Source: an uncultured virus (IMG/VR IMGVR_UViG_3300009184_000002)
Lineage: Duplodnaviria > Heunggongvirae > Uroviricota > Caudoviricetes
DNA: 64,000 nt
Direction: 5' to 3' (one strand)
Virus record (IMG/VR): IMGVR_UViG_3300009184_000002
Under the pieces are notes generated by a model. It searched no databases. It was not told the DNA's origin and saw nothing but the letters and a program-made list of their open reading frames with translations. Within the stretch, counting starts at the first letter, position 1. Every line of letters starts with the position of its first letter. The translations under genes were made by a program, and so were the position numbers. Shown piece by piece: positions 1-10,866 of the stretch.

Positions 1-463
1 AGAAGCTCTCTGTAGTAACCAAGTCGCCAGAGGTAGCGCCAGTAGCCAAGACCACGGTTGTGCCGTTAGTAGCAGTGTAGTCAGCAGCACCAAGGCGAGC
101 TCCGTTACGGTAGACATTGATGAACCCCGCTGTGTATGATGGTGGTGTGAATGTAGTCTGACCCGCAGTGGCAGTGAAGTCGGTTACTGTACGGTAGGCT
201 GTCGTGGTAATGTTGCTCGCTGGGATGCCTAAGTAGCGCACTGAGATGTTGCCAGTGCCGCTTGGAGGGGCTGAGCTGAAGGTCAGTGTCAGACCGGATG
301 TTGAGTAGGTTGTTGGGTCTTGTAAGACACCAGAGACGGCGACAAGGATAGAGGCAGTGTTGGCCGGGGCGGCAGAGAGCGTGTACGCTGTCTGGGAGCC
401 GGTGCCACTGAACTGGTCGGTAAGGAATGCTACCGATGTGGGTTGATTACCAATATAGCTCAT
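1..463 (-). CDS. Tail fibre / receptor-binding protein, 5' part (runs off window start)
   Basis: Manual translation MSYIGNQPTSVAFLTDQFSGTGSQTAYTLS...VAVSGVLQDP...LTFSSAPPSG. N-terminus is paralogous to that of 1366..2724. No stop before position 1. Confidence 0.75.
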   Translation of the reverse strand, partial: MSYIGNQPTSVAFLTDQFSGTGSQTAYTLSAAPANTASILVAVSGVLQDPTTYSTSGLTLTFSSAPPSGTGNISVRYLGIPASNITTTAYRTVTDFTATAGQTTFTPPSYTAGFINVYRNGARLGAADYTATNGTTVVLATGATSGDLVTTESF

Positions 464-465
464 TG

Positions 466-717
466 TTAGTTTCCTGTTAAGGCTTTGATTTCAGCGTCAG
501 TCAAGCCAAGTTTAGCTAGTTTGCTGAGGGCTGATGTTTTAGCTGCTTCTGCGTCTTGTTGAGCTGCCACTTCGGCTGCTTGAAGTTCTACCAATTTAGC
601 TTCTGCTGCAGCTAGGTCGTATGCAACTTCTTGTTCGTTTGCATCGTAGGCCACATCACCACGAACAGTAACTACGGATGGATTAAGTGAGTAAATAGCA
701 TCATGAATAGTAATCAT
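466..717 (-). CDS. Small tail-fibre-associated protein / chaperone
   Basis: Paralog of 62985..63233 (AIxxLNPS, SALSKLxxxGLTxxEIKAL); follows a fibre-like gene. Confidence 0.6.
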   Translation of the reverse strand: MITIHDAIYSLNPSVVTVRGDVAYDANEQEVAYDLAAAEAKLVELQAAEVAAQQDAEAAKTSALSKLAKLGLTDAEIKALTGN

Positions 718-1199
718 CCTGCAATCTCCAAAAGTTGCATAGTAGCAGTAGCACCATTTATATTAAAATAAGTTGCGGCTGAGGTATTGTAGCCAGCGTA
801 TTGAATTTTATAAGTTACTGCAGAAGCAGAAGATGGTGAGTCTAAGTAATTAATTGTAGTTGTAGCATTCCATCCAGTTGTAAAATAGGATGAATAATAT
901 TTAGGGCCGCTGTCATATCCGCTAGTCCAAATTGTTGTGCTATTCCTAACAATTCCAAAACCAATTCCGTTATTACCAGCACCACTACCCATTGTTTGAA
1001 AAATAACTAAAATTTTGCTTGTTGATGATCTAGGGGTAATAGTTGCGGTTAGTCCAGAATCAGTAAGTGTTGCGGTAGTAGCAGAAGTTGTAGCTGTTAA
1101 AGTAGCTTGAACAACTTGCAATACACTACCCGCTGGCATATTAGAGCTTGCTGGTACGCCACTAGCCAAGCTGTTTGAGTTGATTAAACTAATAGCCAT
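714..1199 (-). CDS. Short fibre/spike-domain protein
   Basis: GSVLQVV...GLTATITP.SSTSKILV...YLDSP..ASAVTYKIQ; paralog of 63230..63703. Confidence 0.65.
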   Translation of the reverse strand: MAISLINSNSLASGVPASSNMPAGSVLQVVQATLTATTSATTATLTDSGLTATITPRSSTSKILVIFQTMGSGAGNNGIGFGIVRNSTTIWTSGYDSGPKYYSSYFTTGWNATTTINYLDSPSSASAVTYKIQYAGYNTSAATYFNINGATATMQLLEIAG

Positions 1200-1363
1200 T
1201 ATGCGTTCTCCGCTGGTAGGGGGGTGTTGCCTTCAGCCAGCCACTTAAGGTAGGCTTGGTAGTCGGTGTTGTCTGGGTCGAATGGGATGTTAGCGTTATC
1301 TGATAAACGCACAACAATTTGAACATTACTTACTATTGGGTTAAAAGGTAAAAGTTTATACAT
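1199..1363 (-). CDS. Tail fibre assembly chaperone-like small protein
   Basis: [26 protein letters not shown] motif of the kind found after phage fibre genes. Start placed at MYKLL. Confidence 0.65.
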   Translation of the reverse strand: MYKLLPFNPIVSNVQIVVRLSDNANIPFDPDNTDYQAYLKWLAEGNTPLPAENA

Positions 1364-1365
1364 AA

Positions 1366-2724
1366 TCATAACTCCGCAGAAGCAGTCCAACTGCCTTGTA
1401 ATGTGCTATCAGCAGTTACACCAGTAACAGATATTTCAAAAGAATTTTCGCCAACAGTATTTGTTGTTGGGGTTCTGCTTGAAGTTGAAGGTAATGCTAC
1501 CCAAACATTTGGTGTACCTCCGTTTGTGTAATATGCCATAGTAGGTGCGGTTCTTTTTGAAACTTTAAAATATAAACTAGCACTATATTCGTTTCCAACA
1601 AAAGGTGTTACATACACTCGAAAAGCAAGCACACCACTTGCACCAACAGCTTCATTTTGATTGTAAGATTTTTCAAAGTAGCGTTGGCACAAAGCCAATT
1701 CGGTACCATAGGAGCGGTAATCGAAAGTCGTTGCCTGTGTGCCTACCTCAAGCTGAAGACCAGTTATATACCAAGTAGCTCCAGATGTACCAACTACCGA
1801 AACTGCACTTGTAGCTGAGAAATAAGATGCAGTAGCCCAAGCACCAGCGGTTCCGCTTACAGTAGCCCCACAACCCATACCAAAAGTTACACGCAATCCT
1901 ACGCCATTGGTAGTATTCCATGTTCCGCTAGTATCCCCAGCAACAGTAATGCTAATTTGTGTCCAAGTGTTTGCTGCTGATATAGTATATGTAAATGGAT
2001 ATGAACGAGTAGCATCTACATTATTAATAGCTCCACCAAATGTTCCTGTCAATGAGCTACGAACCCAAAACGAAACAGTAATAGTTTTTGCGTTAGCTGT
2101 TCCAAATGCTAAATCAGCAACATTGTATCCTTCTAGCCTTTGTTGAATTGTAAATATATCACTTGACCCAACTGCGTATGCAGAGGAAGAAGTTACACCA
2201 AGATAATAAGTAAATCCTGTTGGTGGTGTTACAGAACCAGCGTTTTGTTGAACTGTAAATTTACTTGAAACACTTCCATAATCACTCCATCTATCTAGCG
2301 AGTATTGTGTGCCAGAAGTATCTTGAGTAATACTAGCACCATTGTTACGCTGGTCAATTACACAGGCACCATTAAAAACACGGTTCTTGAAGCTAATACC
2401 TAAGTCTTGCTGTACATCAGCGTTTAAAGTACTCCAGCTAACTGTGCCTTGGCTCGGTGTGATTGACTGAGTAGTGGTGGACAGGTAGCGAACATAGATG
2501 TTGTTAGTGCCAGCTGACGGTGCAGAGGTGAACGTGATAGTCGTGCCGTTAACGGTGTACGCATCGTTAGGTACTTGAACAACGTTATTGACTGTAGCTT
2601 GAATGTCATTAGCGGAGACAACGCTGCGTGATAAGGTGAACGCAGTGGCGCTTCCGGTGCCATTAAAGTAGTCAGTCCCGGCTATGAAGCTCTGGGTTGT
2701 TGGTGTTGAGCCAATGTATGACAT
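1366..2724 (-). CDS. Tail fibre / receptor-binding protein
   Basis: N-terminal adaptor repeat, then FKNR..NG...[35 protein letters not shown] (carbohydrate-binding-like fibre head). Confidence 0.8.
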   Translation of the reverse strand: MSYIGSTPTTQSFIAGTDYFNGTGSATAFTLSRSVVSANDIQATVNNVVQVPNDAYTVNGTTITFTSAPSAGTNNIYVRYLSTTTQSITPSQGTVSWSTLNADVQQDLGISFKNRVFNGACVIDQRNNGASITQDTSGTQYSLDRWSDYGSVSSKFTVQQNAGSVTPPTGFTYYLGVTSSSAYAVGSSDIFTIQQRLEGYNVADLAFGTANAKTITVSFWVRSSLTGTFGGAINNVDATRSYPFTYTISAANTWTQISITVAGDTSGTWNTTNGVGLRVTFGMGCGATVSGTAGAWATASYFSATSAVSVVGTSGATWYITGLQLEVGTQATTFDYRSYGTELALCQRYFEKSYNQNEAVGASGVLAFRVYVTPFVGNEYSASLYFKVSKRTAPTMAYYTNGGTPNVWVALPSTSSRTPTTNTVGENSFEISVTGVTADSTLQGSWTASAEL

Positions 2725-2733
2725 TTAAGCCTC

Positions 2734-3060
2734 TTAGGTAATGTTCAGAACAGATGTAACTACGTCAGCAGATGACGCGGCAGAGGTAATTACCTTAAGT
2801 GCGTCAGAGGTAATCATAACAGTCTTTTGGTCACCGCCAACAACTACCAAGGAAGAGCCGACGGGTACTGTGGCGTCCTTAATCAAGTAGTAGTCAACCG
2901 CAGAGCGTGTGATGTACGCGCTAACTGTAATTGGTGAAGTAGTAGTGTTTGCAAAAGACAAACCAATGATGGTCGTCTGTGTGCTTGCTGCCACGGTAAC
3001 AACGGTAGAAGCGGATGTACCAACGTTTTTTGTTAGGTACGATGTAAAGTTATTTGCCAT
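2734..3060 (-). CDS. Small tail structural protein
   Basis: 108 aa, beta-rich, in the tail cluster. Confidence 0.55.
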   Translation of the reverse strand: MANNFTSYLTKNVGTSASTVVTVAASTQTTIIGLSFANTTTSPITVSAYITRSAVDYYLIKDATVPVGSSLVVVGGDQKTVMITSDALKVITSAASSADVVTSVLNIT

Positions 3061-3069
3061 TATGGTTCC

Positions 3070-3546
3070 TTATCCCAGTGCAATTGCCATAGCGACACCA
3101 GTGCCGACCTGATCGGCGCCTACTGTGCTGTAGTCGATAGTGACAGCTGCGCTGCCGTTAAATGTTGCCGGTGCTGCTGCACCGCCAGTTAATGCTATTG
3201 TCAAGCTGCTGCCTGTTGTACCAGATGGTGTAATGTAAGCCAACGCACCACCAGATACACCTAACACCTGACCGTTTGACCCGATGCCTAACTTACTAAG
3301 TGCAGTAGAGCTAGATGCGTATAACAAGTCGCCTGTTGTGTAGCTAGTCTGTCCTGTACCACCGGCAGTTGCTGGAGTTGTTTTCCAAGCAATAACTTGA
3401 ACAGCACCAGCGTTATCCTCGTAGAATAGCTTACCATCGGTAATGTTGATTGCCAACTCGCCTGGAACTAAATTAAGCGCTGTTGGTGACGTTGCTGCTG
3501 TTGTGCTGTAGTACAGCGAAATTGGTGTGTAGCCGCTCTGTGCCAT
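3070..3546 (-). CDS. Tail fibre-related protein
   Basis: GELAINITDGKLF and GGTGQTSYTTGDLLYAS fibre motifs; C-terminal AMAIALG. Confidence 0.7.
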   Translation of the reverse strand: MAQSGYTPISLYYSTTAATSPTALNLVPGELAINITDGKLFYEDNAGAVQVIAWKTTPATAGGTGQTSYTTGDLLYASSSTALSKLGIGSNGQVLGVSGGALAYITPSGTTGSSLTIALTGGAAAPATFNGSAAVTIDYSTVGADQVGTGVAMAIALG

Positions 3547-5607
3547 TTAGAATGTACCTCCGGATATACCGACGTATGTTGTTGCTGTTATAGTTGTGCC
3601 GGTGATAGCCGCTGCCGTACTTGCACCGATTGTTGTTCCGTTAATTGTACCGCCAGTTATTGCAACTGAGCTGGCGTTTTGTGTTGACATTGTGCCAAGG
3701 CCAGTAATATCGGTGCTTGGTATTGTAGCGCTTGCTGTAAGGGCAGATGTTCCTGTGCCCTTTACATAGCCAGTTAGTGTCACTGCACCAGTACCGCCAT
3801 TACCAACTGGCAATGTGCCTGTTACGCCTGTTGACAAAGGCAGACCAGTTGCGTTGGTCAGTGTGCCACTTGATGGTGTACCTAACGCGCCACCGTTAAC
3901 AACTACCGCACCTGCTGAGCCAGTGTTAACTGCTAGTGCAGTTGCAACGCCAGTTCCTAAGCCAGTAATAGACCCAACTGCTGGGGTTACTGTTGTATTG
4001 CCGGCTAGTGTTAGTTGGCCTTGTGCATTTACAGTGAACGTACCAACTTGAGTAGCAGAGCCATAAGATGCTGCGGTTACTGCCGTGTTGGTAAGACTAA
4101 TTACTGTTCCAGCAACTGTTATACCTGTGCCGCCGGTGTATACTAACGAGCTACTAAACTCAGCAAATGTGATTGCTGTTGTACCAAAGGTAATTGTGCC
4201 AACTGTTGTAACTACATACGAAGTGCCCTTGTTGACAGTTCCGTTTTGTGTAAAGAAGTAATCATTTTGGCTAAGTTGGTTAACGCCGGTGCCATAAGTA
4301 TCTGCGTCAGTTGCACGGGTTAATACTGTACCGCCAGTTGCCCATGTGTAAATACCATTATGCGCTTGGTTAACTTGGTCTTTAACCAGTATGCGGTTTG
4401 TGTTAAGTAATGTGTAACCATCCAAAACAGTTAATGGGGTAGTAAGCGTGAGTGTGGCTCCAACACCTGCTACACCATTGTTGTAAACAACCACACCAGC
4501 TAGTGGTGCAGTAGTCGCTGCTTGCACTGGCTGGTGATATGTCAAACCAGTAGCAACTAAACCATCAACATATTGCTTGGTTGTTAATTGCAGTGCTAAG
4601 GTTGGATCTGCCGTTACAGTAACACTAGACAAACCATCTAATGTAAGACTTGTTGCACCTAGTGCAATGTTGGTTGTACCAACGGTCAACGAGCTGTTTG
4701 TAAGGCTTGCGTTGCCAATGTTAGTCAGTGTATTACTTGCACCACTGATTGTCTTGTTAGTTAATGTTTGGCTACCAGTTAAGGTTGCCACTGTGCTGTT
4801 AATAGCAATTGTTACTGCAGATGATCCGTTGTAGCTAGTGCCTGTCAAACCAGTGCCAATTGTCAAGGCATTGGTTGCTGTGGCTGTTACGGTTGTTGAG
4901 CCACCTAATGAAACAGAGTTACCGTTAATAGTAATTGCACTATTTGCTAACTGGAGGTTGGTAATTGTTCCAGATAAATCTGTTGTTGGAATACTTGCCA
5001 CTGCAGAGAACGGGGCTACGCCGTTACCTTTAAGATAGCCCGTTAGTGTAGTAGTTCCTGTGCCGCCGTTAGCTACATCTAATGTGCCTGCTAATGTTAA
5101 TGTGCCAGCCGCAGTAATTGGGCCACCAGAAAATGTTAACCCTGTTGTGCCACCAGAGGCGTTAACGCTAGTTACTGTACCAGTACCTGTTAGTGTAAGC
5201 CAAGCTGTTGCATAATCAACTGAACTGGCTTTAATGAGTACCTGACCAGCTGTACCACCTGCAGCTACACCTGCACCAGGGGCGCCTGTTGCACCAGTAG
5301 CTCCTGTTGCACCTACGTCACCACGTGGGATGACAAAGTTAAACATGGCTGTTTGCAGTGAGCCAACGTTTGTTACACTTGCGCTAGTTCCGGGTGCGCC
5401 AGTTACAGTAGAGTTAACTTGAATTGTTGCGCCGGGGCCTGTGGGACCTGTGGGACCTTGTGGTCCAACGGGGCCTGCTGGGCCGCCTAGGTTAGCAATA
5501 CTTTGTAACTGGGTCTGCTTGGTGATGCCGTTTTGAACGACAACCGTAAGCTCATTGCCGGTTAGCGTAGTTGCTGTACCTAGTTGTGATATACTTTGAT
5601 CGGCCAT
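3547..5607 (-). CDS. Long tail fibre with collagen-like segments
   Basis: Gly-X-Y runs ([31 protein letters not shown]), repeated GTLxVxNGGTG, G/T-rich, ends GGTF like 57013..58296. Confidence 0.85.
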   Translation of the reverse strand: MADQSISQLGTATTLTGNELTVVVQNGITKQTQLQSIANLGGPAGPVGPQGPTGPTGPGATIQVNSTVTGAPGTSASVTNVGSLQTAMFNFVIPRGDVGATGATGATGAPGAGVAAGGTAGQVLIKASSVDYATAWLTLTGTGTVTSVNASGGTTGLTFSGGPITAAGTLTLAGTLDVANGGTGTTTLTGYLKGNGVAPFSAVASIPTTDLSGTITNLQLANSAITINGNSVSLGGSTTVTATATNALTIGTGLTGTSYNGSSAVTIAINSTVATLTGSQTLTNKTISGASNTLTNIGNASLTNSSLTVGTTNIALGATSLTLDGLSSVTVTADPTLALQLTTKQYVDGLVATGLTYHQPVQAATTAPLAGVVVYNNGVAGVGATLTLTTPLTVLDGYTLLNTNRILVKDQVNQAHNGIYTWATGGTVLTRATDADTYGTGVNQLSQNDYFFTQNGTVNKGTSYVVTTVGTITFGTTAITFAEFSSSLVYTGGTGITVAGTVISLTNTAVTAASYGSATQVGTFTVNAQGQLTLAGNTTVTPAVGSITGLGTGVATALAVNTGSAGAVVVNGGALGTPSSGTLTNATGLPLSTGVTGTLPVGNGGTGAVTLTGYVKGTGTSALTASATIPSTDITGLGTMSTQNASSVAITGGTINGTTIGASTAAAITGTTITATTYVGISGGTF

Positions 5608-5611
5608 AGTC

Positions 5612-5965
5612 TTATATAATTATGTCGCCAGATTCGCCGGCGGTTGTTGACTGTTGCTGGTCCCGAGTAATAAATATTGAATTACGTCTGGGGTTGTTTG
5701 GTGATGGTGCAGTTACTAGCTGCTGCCCAGCTACGGGGCCAGTTGCCACAGAAACATCTGGGCGCGGGAAGCGTAGTGCAATGTTTTCTGTTTGAATGGC
5801 AGGAAGACGCCATGGGTCAAACTTATCTAGGTCATCCTTACACACGCGCATACCCGGAAAGTTTGGGTCTGGCATTAAATCTACATACGCAAATTTCCTA
5901 CTGCAGCGATCACAGATTGCCACAGACAAGACTGAGTTACCTCGAGTATCAAGGTAAACGGGCAT
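5612..5965 (-). CDS. Conserved virion-module protein with Cys motif
   Basis: CDRC...RVC; lies between head and fibre genes. Confidence 0.55.
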   Translation of the reverse strand: MPVYLDTRGNSVLSVAICDRCSRKFAYVDLMPDPNFPGMRVCKDDLDKFDPWRLPAIQTENIALRFPRPDVSVATGPVAGQQLVTAPSPNNPRRNSIFITRDQQQSTTAGESGDIII

Positions 5966-5968
5966 TAT

Positions 5969-6253
5969 TTAGCCCCAGAATATGGTAATAGCTGCAGAAG
6001 CGGGAAGCGTAATATAGCAACCATTTGAAAAACGAATTCCATTACCTGGCAATATTGTTGAGATAACTGCGGTATTGGTTGTTAAATCAATTTCCATTAC
6101 TGCTGTTCCAGTTGCTGAAGTATTGTCATAGAACAATATTGAGCCGGCTGTTCCACCGGGTTTTACTTGCCATCCGGCAAGGCGTCCGGGACCTGTAAAG
6201 GTCTGACCACTTGCGTTTAAATGGTTTGTGAATACATCTACTAATGTTGTCAT
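5969..6253 (-). CDS. Small structural protein
   Basis: 94 aa, AGGAG RBS, structural operon. Confidence 0.55.
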   Translation of the reverse strand: MTTLVDVFTNHLNASGQTFTGPGRLAGWQVKPGGTAGSILFYDNTSATGTAVMEIDLTTNTAVISTILPGNGIRFSNGCYITLPASAAITIFWG

Positions 6254-6299
6254 AATTTCTCCTATGCGGTGAAAGAGGCGGGTTACCCCGCCGTCTTAA

Positions 6300-6761
6300 T
6301 TAGTTATTTGTATAACCAGAACCGTAGGCAGTAATTGAACCGTCAGTGTTGCGACCTGTGTACTGAATAGACAATGTACCAGCAGAAGCTGCTTCAGAGG
6401 CTAGAGTTACTGTGCAGTTGTACGCGCCAACGTTAGCCAACAAGTTAGCTACGGCGGCAGAGGCTGTAAATACTACAGCAACTTTACCGAGGGCAGTAGT
6501 TGTCAATGTGCCAACGGCAGTAGTTGTGCCGTTAACTGTCAAGCTAACAGCACGTGAGGCTGCGCCAACTACGTTTAAGTAGCCGTCGATTGAGTGAATA
6601 ATTGAACCAGCTGGGATTACATCGGTTAACGCAGCACCTGCTACAATAGTAGACTGCTGAGAAATCATTGCGGCACCAGTGTTGTCGGCAGAGATTGTGC
6701 CGTCGTTGCTGGTAGTTTGGCGCGTATTTAAACGCATTGGTACTGTAAATGTGCTTGACAT
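6300..6761 (-). CDS. Putative capsid-associated / decoration protein
   Basis: A/T/G-rich 153 aa gene immediately after the MCP, with its own late promoter copy. Confidence 0.55.
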   Translation of the reverse strand: MSSTFTVPMRLNTRQTTSNDGTISADNTGAAMISQQSTIVAGAALTDVIPAGSIIHSIDGYLNVVGAASRAVSLTVNGTTTAVGTLTTTALGKVAVVFTASAAVANLLANVGAYNCTVTLASEAASAGTLSIQYTGRNTDGSITAYGSGYTNN

Positions 6762-6856
6762 TTGGGTGTTTCCTTATCTTAGTGGGTATCCCAAGCTGTC
6801 TCTAAGTCGTCTCACCGGGAAGTGTCGGCGGTCAGAAAGGGATTATCTTCCTATAA

Positions 6857-6889
6857 CTACTTATGCAAGAATTAAATAAAAAACGCCCT
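6857..6889 (-). promoter_or_regulatory. Phage-specific (late) promoter
   Basis: AGGGCG-N16-TGCATAAGTAG on the minus strand. Confidence 0.8.
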
Positions 6890-6928
6890 AAAAAACAAAA
6901 AGACCACCTTTTGGGTGGCCTTTCTGAT
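6889..6928 (-). terminator. Rho-independent terminator after MCP
   Basis: Minus strand AAAGGCCACC-CAAAA-GGTGGTCTTT followed by a T-run. Confidence 0.75.
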
Positions 6929-6947
6929 TTACTACGGGGTATTTCTA

Positions 6948-7865
6948 TTACAAACCAGCTGTACCAAAAATGTTACGAGCATCATGCCAACCGGTCGCAT
7001 AGCGCTCAGTTGCTTTGTAACGCATGCTGTCTGTCTCGAAATCGCCTTCCATGGATTTCTCCATTGGACGACGCATTACGAGCATTAGACCGTTTTCTGC
7101 GTCAGTCTGTACCCACCAAGCCTTAGATGAGCTCAAACGAGTAACAACGTGTGTGCCTTTTGGCAACATACCTGTTGACTTGATTGGGTTCAAATCGTTG
7201 TCAGCTGTACCAGAACGGAGAACCGACTTCAGAATTACTTCTGCTTGGAACTCGAGTGCTGGAGGAACAACTAACTGCTCGGCCTTTAGACGAATACGCT
7301 TACCGTTGTTGTCAATAGCGCCACGGATTTGAATCAACATCTGTTCAACAGAAGTTTGGCTCAAAGAAGCAGCGGTTGTCAACGAGTTGCTATAGGTTTG
7401 ACCGTTAGCAATTGGGTGAGCTGTGTTAATCAAAGTTACGCCGTCGCCACCAACATAGCCAGCTGTGAACGCAAAGTTCAACAAGTTAGCACAGAGGGTT
7501 TCCTTAGTTTCAATCATAGATTGAGCCAAGTGCTTAGCGAATGTGGAGCCGATACGGATGTGATCGCCGTCTTCCATCAAAACTTTAGTCAAGGCGTATG
7601 CCAAGCCATAGATTTGGTAGATGAAACGGGTGATGTACAATGTACCACCTTGATCGTAGCTAACTGGAGTGCCGTCAGGCATTGCAGGAGCTGCGTTCAT
7701 ACCGAAGAGCATTACTTCTTCGTGGTAGTTACGTGGAATACCTTGGATCTGTTCTACAAATCCCTTCCACTCATCGGCGCGTTGTTCGTAAACACCGTCA
7801 AAGACTTCGTTGATAATCGGTTCGACTACCGCACGAAAGTCCGTACTACGCATTGGGGTTGCCAT
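6948..7865 (-). CDS. Major capsid protein (HK97 fold)
   Basis: 305 aa, LVVPPALEF, GDFETDSMRYKATERYATGW; highly biased codons; after scaffold and followed by a terminator. Confidence 0.9.
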   Translation of the reverse strand: MATPMRSTDFRAVVEPIINEVFDGVYEQRADEWKGFVEQIQGIPRNYHEEVMLFGMNAAPAMPDGTPVSYDQGGTLYITRFIYQIYGLAYALTKVLMEDGDHIRIGSTFAKHLAQSMIETKETLCANLLNFAFTAGYVGGDGVTLINTAHPIANGQTYSNSLTTAASLSQTSVEQMLIQIRGAIDNNGKRIRLKAEQLVVPPALEFQAEVILKSVLRSGTADNDLNPIKSTGMLPKGTHVVTRLSSSKAWWVQTDAENGLMLVMRRPMEKSMEGDFETDSMRYKATERYATGWHDARNIFGTAGL

Positions 7866-7891
7866 AGCTTATTACCTTTCTTTCGTTATAA

Positions 7892-8554
7892 TTAAACCGA
7901 GACCTTAGGAGCGCGGAATGTGTTGTTAGAGATTTCGACTTGAACGATGGTGTATGTATCACCCCAGTTGTTCAATTCGCCCGATGGGTACGCTACTTCA
8001 CGACCCAGACCAACCACACGAACTTGACCTTGTGCACCAGAAGCAACTGCACTAGCAGCTAAAGCTGTAGTAGAGAAGCCTGCGCCACCTGTACCAATTA
8101 CATAACCATCAGCGGTTGTTTGGTTAGTACCAGCGGAGAAGTTGTATTGTGAACCAATGGCTGCAGAAGTTACTGAGCCAGCTGCTTGGATTTCATATAC
8201 TAATGCTGGGTCTTGGAAGATCCAAAATACGATAGAAGAAGCGGCATCTAAAGAAGCTTTGGAGATTGATTTACCTACTGTACGACGACCTTCAGCGGTT
8301 GTATATTCTACACCGTCAAATACGCCATATACAGGGCTTGTTGCAGCTGCGGTAGCAGCAATTGTTAATTGGCCGGAAGCTGTGATCCCAACTGGTTGAT
8401 ACTGGAAGAAAGACTGACCAGCGCTCAAAGAGTAGGGAGCAGAGTATGACACACCAGTGATAAAACTGTTCGTACCAGCGAATGGTACAGAACGGTCTAG
8501 ACCGCTTGGGTGATACACAGGCTTCATGCCAAAGGGACGTAATGTTGTTGACAT
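7892..8554 (-). CDS. Capsid cement / auxiliary capsid protein
   Basis: PFGMKPV...GVFDGVEY...DPALVYEIQA; directly upstream of the MCP. Confidence 0.65.
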   Translation of the reverse strand: MSTTLRPFGMKPVYHPSGLDRSVPFAGTNSFITGVSYSAPYSLSAGQSFFQYQPVGITASGQLTIAATAAATSPVYGVFDGVEYTTAEGRRTVGKSISKASLDAASSIVFWIFQDPALVYEIQAAGSVTSAAIGSQYNFSAGTNQTTADGYVIGTGGAGFSTTALAASAVASGAQGQVRVVGLGREVAYPSGELNNWGDTYTIVQVEISNNTFRAPKVSV

Positions 8555-8588
8555 TAGTTTATTTCCTTTGTTTTATTTTTGAAGAATG

Positions 8589-9146
8589 TTATTGAAAACG
8601 AATGTTTTTATTATTCGCTCTTGCGGTATCTTTTTCCATTTCCAAAAGACCACCCTCAAGAACTGAACGACCACCTTTATTACCTTGCGCTGTATCACGA
8701 ACTTGCGCAGTAATATTACGTTGGTGTTCTAGCGGATCCTCTAAATGGAGCATACGCATTACTTCTTGATAGATATCCTCTGGTAACTTAAAAAGTACCA
8801 TTTCGTTACAACTAACACAGCCTTCAAACTTGCCCGAGCTCATCTTGCCTAGTCCTTCAAAGCCTTTTCCTAATTCCGAAGCTTTAACTGGCTCATAACC
8901 CAACGCCATACGTTTGTCGATACTGTCGTAAGTATTGGTTGTGGACAACCAACACAAGTGCATCCCCGGAATAATCCCCGCAGGAAGATCGGGCAACGCA
9001 CTATTTGCCCACTTGTCTCTAAACGCATCAAGGCGTTCACGACGTGCAATGTCATCTGGTGCAGCGCCGTTTGAGCGCTCAATCACCTCTTGGGCACGAT
9101 CTGCTAAGCGATCATCTAAGTCCCGTTTAATTCTTGAATTTGCCAT
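8589..9146 (-). CDS. Conserved head-module protein
   Basis: PGMHLCWLS...KRMALGYEPV; between scaffold and capsid genes. Confidence 0.55.
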   Translation of the reverse strand: MANSRIKRDLDDRLADRAQEVIERSNGAAPDDIARRERLDAFRDKWANSALPDLPAGIIPGMHLCWLSTTNTYDSIDKRMALGYEPVKASELGKGFEGLGKMSSGKFEGCVSCNEMVLFKLPEDIYQEVMRMLHLEDPLEHQRNITAQVRDTAQGNKGGRSVLEGGLLEMEKDTARANNKNIRFQ

Positions 9147-9157
9147 TTTAATTTATC

Positions 9158-10156
9158 CTATCGATTTTCTTTATCAAAGTTTGCGTAAGCCTTAATCATT
9201 TTGCTGCGTTTTGCGGGGTCATCCCACGCACCAGCGTCTTTGATTGCTTGCACTCTTTGCGGACTTAAAGTAATTGTTGTTCCCACTTTTCCAGAAGGGT
9301 TTGCCGTTCTACTAGATGCCGTAGGACCACCCCGCTTGATACTGGTATTACTTTTTGCCGCGTACCGATGAGGTAAACGAGCAGATAGTCGACTATCCAA
9401 TTCGTCCCAATATTCTGAGTCTGCTGGATCCCAACCTTCTGCGGCTAAATCTTGGTCAATTACTTTAGCAATTCGACTATCTGTGTCTCTTGCGTCAGTA
9501 TCATACCATTTGTTATTCTTTAACCAAGCTGTTGCGTTACGTTGAACCTCAGTAGAGATTTGATTTGGAACATTTTGCTTGGGTTGCCTAGCTTCTTCCA
9601 ACTGTTGCTTTTTATAAGCTTGGATTTGAGCTAGTTTATTCTTTGCATCTTGAAGCTGTTCTAAGTACTCAACTTGAGCGTTAGCGTCATTTGCTTGAGC
9701 TGCTTGAACCAATTTCATTTTAGCGTATTCAACACGAGTTGCCTCGTCCTCTAACGCCTTATCCACTTGAGCAAACTTGTAAGATGCCGCTGTTGACTCT
9801 ACTGCAGCCAAACGACGAGCTAGATCTTCATTACGCTTTTCAAGGGCACTGATCTTGTGCTTCGATGTGAGGTCACGCTGTTTTGCGAGCTCTTTCTTGA
9901 GTTTTCGCTCTTCACGACGTGCTTCACGAATTTTCTCACGATCTTCATCTGTTTCATCATTTTGATGATCGTCAGAATCTTCCACATGGGCTTCAATGTC
10001 TTCGTCATCAGTATCATCATCTGACTCGTCATCTTTTTGTGCTTTTTTGGTTTCTTTATCTTCTTCGGGAAAAGGATCTTTCTCGTGTTCCATTGAAACT
10101 AAAGCACTACCATCTTCCTGTTCTTTTACAGGGATATCTTTATCATTTTCTGCCAT
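9158..10156 (-). CDS. Capsid scaffolding protein
   Basis: Acidic N-terminus, long coiled coil, position upstream of capsid genes. Confidence 0.7.
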   Translation of the reverse strand: MAENDKDIPVKEQEDGSALVSMEHEKDPFPEEDKETKKAQKDDESDDDTDDEDIEAHVEDSDDHQNDETDEDREKIREARREERKLKKELAKQRDLTSKHKISALEKRNEDLARRLAAVESTAASYKFAQVDKALEDEATRVEYAKMKLVQAAQANDANAQVEYLEQLQDAKNKLAQIQAYKKQQLEEARQPKQNVPNQISTEVQRNATAWLKNNKWYDTDARDTDSRIAKVIDQDLAAEGWDPADSEYWDELDSRLSARLPHRYAAKSNTSIKRGGPTASSRTANPSGKVGTTITLSPQRVQAIKDAGAWDDPAKRSKMIKAYANFDKENR

Positions 10157-10168
10157 AATTTATCCAAA

Positions 10169-10609
10169 TTAGTCTACAAAGGCTTTCATTTTCTGCGCAT
10201 ATTCAAACGACTCAATGCGAGAAATGATTTCACGGGCTTGCAATGTAATAAATACCACCGCACCACCATCATCACCAGGATCTACAACAAAACGATCACC
10301 GCCGTATTTAATTGTCCTTACTAAGTCACCTTCTTTACACCAAGGACCTTCGATCCATGGGGTTAAATCTTCTGGTGATCGGTACGCTAACGGACCAACT
10401 TGTACGACTTTAGCTACTGTCTCATTGAATTTCAAGGTTTGCTGAGTTTCCTCAACAAAAATAATGCCACCTTTGCTTTTTACCTTTTGTCGGCGCAACT
10501 GGACTAAAACTCGATCTCCAGCTACTTCAACACCATGATCTATGAAAGGAAAACATTCTTCCTCGCTACGAAGATCTGGTTCTTCGTTACTTTTAACATC
10601 TATTGCCAT
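10169..10609 (-). CDS. groES: Co-chaperonin GroES-like protein
   Basis: GDRVLVQ...KSKGGII...AKVVQVGPLAY...CKEGDLV...KYGG are Cpn10 motifs. Confidence 0.85.
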   Translation of the reverse strand: MAIDVKSNEEPDLRSEEECFPFIDHGVEVAGDRVLVQLRRQKVKSKGGIIFVEETQQTLKFNETVAKVVQVGPLAYRSPEDLTPWIEGPWCKEGDLVRTIKYGGDRFVVDPGDDGGAVVFITLQAREIISRIESFEYAQKMKAFVD

Positions 10610-10635
10610 TCGGCAACCTCCTTAAACCATACGGT

Positions 10636-10827
10636 TTACGTTTCTTCGTCATCCTCCGTTAAGAGGTCTTCTATAATCGCTAGAGCTTGTTGTAAACCCT
10701 CACGAGTACCCAATATTCTTTGATAAGAATCAAAGTTGTGGATGTTGGAGCCAGAAGCTAACGCTTCGGCTGTAATATTGTCAGCATCTTTCAGACGCTT
10801 AATAATTGATGAAATTAGGTCTCCCAT
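10636..10827 (-). CDS. Small head-module protein (probably leaderless mRNA)
   Basis: 63 aa; ATG is 4 nt downstream of the promoter -10 box. Confidence 0.6.
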   Translation of the reverse strand: MGDLISSIIKRLKDADNITAEALASGSNIHNFDSYQRILGTREGLQQALAIIEDLLTEDDEET

Positions 10828-10831
10828 ATAA

Positions 10832-10864
10832 CTACTTATGCAATACGGGAGAAAATTCCGCCCT
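10832..10864 (-). promoter_or_regulatory. Phage-specific (late) promoter
   Basis: AGGGCG-N16-TGCATAAGTAG. Confidence 0.8.
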
Positions 10865-10866
10865 AA

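Noticed and set aside
3815..5038. Plus-strand ORFs antisense to tail fibre, capsid and ejection genes
   Set aside because: Shadow ORFs of G/T/A-rich codons on the true minus strand.
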